Source: Acetobacteraceae bacterium
GTDB taxonomy: Bacteria; Pseudomonadota; Alphaproteobacteria; Acetobacterales; Acetobacteraceae
Reading direction: 5' to 3'
Assembly: GCA_027306955.1 (NCBI GenBank)
Contig: DAHUXX010000098.1
Coordinates: 1 to 37,763, forward strand
DNA: 37,763 nucleotides
The notes below the pieces were generated by a model that was given only the letters and a program-made list of their open reading frames with translations, did no database searches and had not been told where the DNA came from. Positions 37,734 through 37,763 of the stretch are shown one piece after another (within the stretch, counting starts at the first letter, position 1; each line of letters begins with the position of its first letter). The translations under genes were made by a program, and so were the position numbers.

Positions 37734-37763
37734 CGCCGGCGGCCCGCCCCGCTCAGCCGCGCA

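Overview
This is high-GC chromosomal DNA. The gene content and synteny look alphaproteobacterial (hdaA, divergent lysC/ubiG, grxC-comF, ugpBAEC, purMN), but that placement is an inference. The window has two parts. (1) Positions ~1-5600 are a decayed accessory patch. It holds remnants of three unrelated IS families: an IS481-like transposase 3' fragment, a ~470-bp IS3-family skeleton that keeps its terminal inverted repeats, and an IS110-family transposase truncated at both ends. These bracket an NRAMP-family transporter whose metal-site residues match the Mg2+-type NRMT clade rather than Mn/Fe MntH, a co-transcribed small membrane protein, and an orphan RcnR-like (CsoR/RcnR/FrmR family) metalloregulator with a C-tract operator. 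An MFS efflux gene in the same patch is both 3'-truncated and frameshifted by a visible 5-bp tandem duplication. (2) Positions ~5600-37763 are mostly tightly packed housekeeping genes. They comprise ugpBAEC with a near-consensus PHO box, apt, a GT4-like glycosyltransferase, aspS and rnd. Next comes a long co-directional string (PgsA-like gene, AI-2E permease, hdaA, ppk1, ppx, ppk2, 2OG-Fe(II) oxygenase), followed by purM-purN. A peroxide-stress locus follows: oxyR divergent from katG, then rubrerythrin, a CCG-domain Fe-S protein and DUF3501. The remainder is an AstE/AspA-family hydrolase, an NMO-like flavoenzyme, lysC, ubiG, DUF1178, grxC, comF-family and a four-rhodanese protein. I found no rRNA, tRNA, CRISPR array, prophage or recognisable defence system. 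The best candidate for an uncharacterised system is the rubredoxin-less rubrerythrin / HdrD-GlpC-like Fe-S protein / DUF3501 module downstream of OxyR-katG. That proposal is inference from gene context, not demonstrated. All family assignments come from reading motifs in the translations by eye; no database search was run.
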